NCBI RefSeq assembly: GCF_018977255.1
Contig: NW_024704742.1
Coordinates: 74,712,001-74,776,000, forward strand
Direction of reading: 5' to 3'
DNA length: 64,000 nt
Source: Callorhinchus milii
Taxonomy: Eukaryota
Part shown: piece by piece, positions 61,484 through 64,000 of the stretch
Layout of the letters: each line of letters starts with the position of its first letter
Position numbering within the stretch: the stretch's first letter is position 1
The notes under the pieces: model-generated
Databases searched by the model: none
What the model was told of the DNA's origin: nothing
The model's input: only the letters and a program-made list of their open reading frames with translations
Program-made: the position numbers and the translations under genes

Positions 61484-61672
61484 CATGTGGATATCGCAGC
61501 ACTTCTTATTAAGTATAACACTTGTGTGAATGCTACTGATAAATGGGCCTTCACTCCATTGCATGAAGCAGCACAAAAGGGAAGGACCCAGCTCTGTGCA
61601 CTGCTGCTGGCCCATGGAGCAGATCCTACTATGAAGAATCAGGAAGCCCAAACTCCTTTAGATTTGGCTACT
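61484..61672 (+). CDS. TNKS: TNKS exon 18 (189 nt): [27 protein letters not shown]...[12 protein letters not shown]
   Basis: tttcag| acceptor, |gtaaga donor. Confidence 0.96.
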
Positions 61673-61901
61673 GTAAGATTCACTTTCTAAAATTTTAATC
61701 CAATTTCTGAGAAAAATCCCATTCTACAGTTAAAATTTGTTTGAATATATTATTGATAATGTGTAACTGAAGCGAAATAAATGTAAGCATTTAACGATGT
61801 TTGTAGAAATTTACAATGCTTCATAAAAATTGATTTAATGAAAATAGCACAAAACTTAATTGTATAATTTTATAAGTGATTCGTTTTTTTCTTGATTTCA
61901 G

Positions 61902-62139
61902 GCTGATGATATCAGGGCCTTGTTAATTGATGCTATGCCACCAGAAGCTCTTCCTACTTGCTATAAACCCCAGGCAACTGTTGTTAGCGCAGCTGTGATC
62001 TCTCCTGCTTCAACACCATCCTGTTTGTCAGCTGCGAGCAGTATAGATAACCTGACGGGGCCACTCACAGAGTTAGCTGTTGGTGGTGCCTCAAGTGCAG
62101 CTGATGGGGCAACTGGCACTGAGAGAAAAGAAGGGGAAG
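61902..62139 (+). CDS. TNKS: TNKS exon 19 (238 nt): [18 protein letters not shown]...GTERKEGE (Ser-rich linker)
   Basis: ttcag| acceptor, |gtaggc donor. Confidence 0.96.
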
Positions 62140-62765
62140 GTAGGCTAATCGAAACAAGCATGATAAGTTATGTGGAAGGTCTCTTAAAATAGTCTTGTGA
62201 TTGATTCCAAGAGTGCGCTTGATGATCTTGACCTTGTGCAACATGTTTTGGTGAAGTACATCAACAGGCTACTTTATAGCTTACTATAAGGTAATATTCT
62301 TTCAACAATCAACTTCCCTTTGTCAATTTAAGATTTGAATTTTGTTTGTCCCCAGTTGGAATCTCAGAAATTGTGGTTTGGTTACGCTGAATATAGTTGG
62401 TTTAAATAGCATAGACAGGTTTGGGGTGTTGGCAGATAAAAGTGTGAGATCAGAAACATTAGGATGTGAAATACATTACAATTCTGTATTGAGGTTTCTG
62501 TTATTCTAAGAACATACTTAATAAGGGGAAACCTCATTGTAGTTAACATTGGCTGGATCCAATGTTTCAGCAGCCGTGTTGCATGAAAGGGGTGAAAAAA
62601 TTGTAACTTTTGGACCATCGAAATGTTACCAAATTCACTTCCTACGTGCATAGGAAGTGAACTTTGAATGCATCACATTGTGGAATATGTAGAGTACAAT
62701 GTGGAGTACATTTTATGTTTATATATTGATATTGGAAAAATATGAAAAAATATGTTTCCTTCTAG

Positions 62766-62848
62766 TAACCACACTTGACATGAACATTAATCAATTCCTT
62801 AAAAGTCTGGGCTTGGAACACCTGCGAGATATCTTTGAAAGGGAGCAG
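62766..62848 (+). CDS. TNKS: TNKS exon 20 (83 nt): [28 protein letters not shown] (SAM domain, first half)
   Basis: tctag| acceptor, |gtgagt donor. Confidence 0.96.
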
Positions 62849-62941
62849 GTGAGTGAAAATTAAAATTCTCTGATTATAGATTTTAAGAAACTGGATATGT
62901 TTTGGCTTTCTTGAATTTACCGACTTTGATAACATTTACAG

Positions 62942-63062
62942 ATTACTTTGGATGTGCTGGCAGACATGGGTCATGAAGAGTTGAAAGAAATTGGAATAAA
63001 TGCTTATGGGCATCGTCATAAATTAATCAAGGGTGTTGAACGACTACTAGGAGGACAGCAAG
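62942..63062 (+). CDS. TNKS: TNKS exon 21 (121 nt): [40 protein letters not shown] (SAM domain, second half)
   Basis: tacag| acceptor after a 93-nt intron, |gtaatc donor. Confidence 0.96.
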
Positions 63063-63119
63063 GTAATCACTCTTCCTGCCAGTTATTCTGTATTTAAATA
63101 TGTATCCTGAGGGTAACAA

Positions 63120-63550
63120 CATGGCTCAGATTGCGGGACTCCCACTTCTTAGTCAGAATGCTTTGAGTTCATGCTCCACATTGGAACTTTGAACACAAAG
63201 CCTCAGTTGATATTCCAGTTCACTCAACAACAAGACAACAAGATTTCATTTATAGAGCGCCTTTCACGTCGGGAGGACGTCCCAAGGCGCTGGACAGTTG
63301 GGTCGGGACCCGAGCAGGAGGGAAATGGTCAGGGTGAGGGGAGGGAGGGGAAGGAAGGGAGGAAGCGAGGAGGGGGTAGAGAGTCGAGAGGGAAGCTGAA
63401 GGCACAGTCGAAGAGAGCAGTATATTGTCAGAGATGCCATCCTTTGGATGAGATTAAGTTAAGGTTAGGTGGATGTTGAAGATTTCTTGGCACTATTTGC
63501 CAAGGGAAGAAAGTTTCTCTCAGTATCCTGACCAAAAATCTCCCAGTTTA
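63120..63550 (+). mobile_element. Old Deu-domain SINE interrupted by a young antisense L2 3' end (63222-63418)
   Basis: Head atggctcag..gagttcatgctcc before the insert; gatgccatcctttggatgag..ggcactattt after it. Confidence 0.7.
63222..63418 (-). mobile_element. Young L2 3' end fragment
   Basis: Near identical to 9601-9775. Confidence 0.88.
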
Positions 63551-63579
63551 ATCAATCAATTTATGGGACAACCGCAAGA

Positions 63580-64000
63580 TCACAATTTTGGTTTGGATGA
63601 AGCAGGCCCTTTGGCCCATCTGAACTCGTCACTCGAGAATACCTATCCTAACGTTCTCCCATTACAACATCAAACTGCTTTTTAAAAGTATTCCAATGTC
63701 CTGATCTCGACCACCTTTCCTGGCAACATCTTCCAAGTCATGAATTGCCCTCAGAGTAAAGAAAAACTTCCTAGTATCTATCCTGAAATTTCTCTTTACA
63801 GCTCTAAACCTTTTCTTTTAGTGTCATGTTACATCCTAAAGTATTGATCGGGATTTACTTTTTCAATCCCATTGAACAAATATACAACGAGGTTTCTTAT
63901 GGTCCTCTCTGAGTCATCTTCTCTTAAGACTGGCTTGTCTAAAAATTGCTAATAGCTCATTCCTCTAACACTGGGGATCATCCTCGTTGCTGTACTTGGC
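63580..64000 (-). mobile_element. Decayed CR1 3' fragment
   Basis: ctcgaccacctttcctggcaac..ttccaa..agagtaaagaaaaacttcc..ggggatcatcctcgttgct. Confidence 0.7.

Overview
Vertebrate genomic DNA. The repeat content (L2, CR1, Deu-domain SINEs, a young tRNA-Ala SINE with an L2 tail) points to a cartilaginous fish, possibly a holocephalan; this is an inference. The whole window lies inside one + strand gene, tankyrase-1 (TNKS/PARP5a). Twenty internal coding exons are resolved to the base (exons 2-21 in human numbering, all GT-AG, 2601 nt = 867 codons). They encode ankyrin repeat clusters ARC1 (part) to ARC5, the Ser-rich linker and the SAM domain. Exon 1 lies upstream of the window and the PARP catalytic exons downstream. 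Introns are full of L2 and CR1 fragments and several SINE families, and also hold a poly(A)-tailed RTE/RTEX-like LINE, a pogo/Tigger remnant, a compound non-autonomous Helitron and TIR/hairpin elements. No prokaryote-type system (CRISPR, operon) is present, and almost all short ORFs in the track are repeat-derived or spurious. Best leads: (1) a candidate unannotated in-frame 48-nt cassette exon (30498-30545) inserting 16 aa at the ARC2 peptide-binding surface; (2) an inverted templated insertion that preserves the empty pre-insertion site of a nearby SINE; (3) a Helitron with two 5' ends; (4) inverted repeats able to form long pre-mRNA duplexes around exon 3, before exon 5 and within intron 5; (5) recurrent minimal 'stem-loop + tail' L2 insertions.
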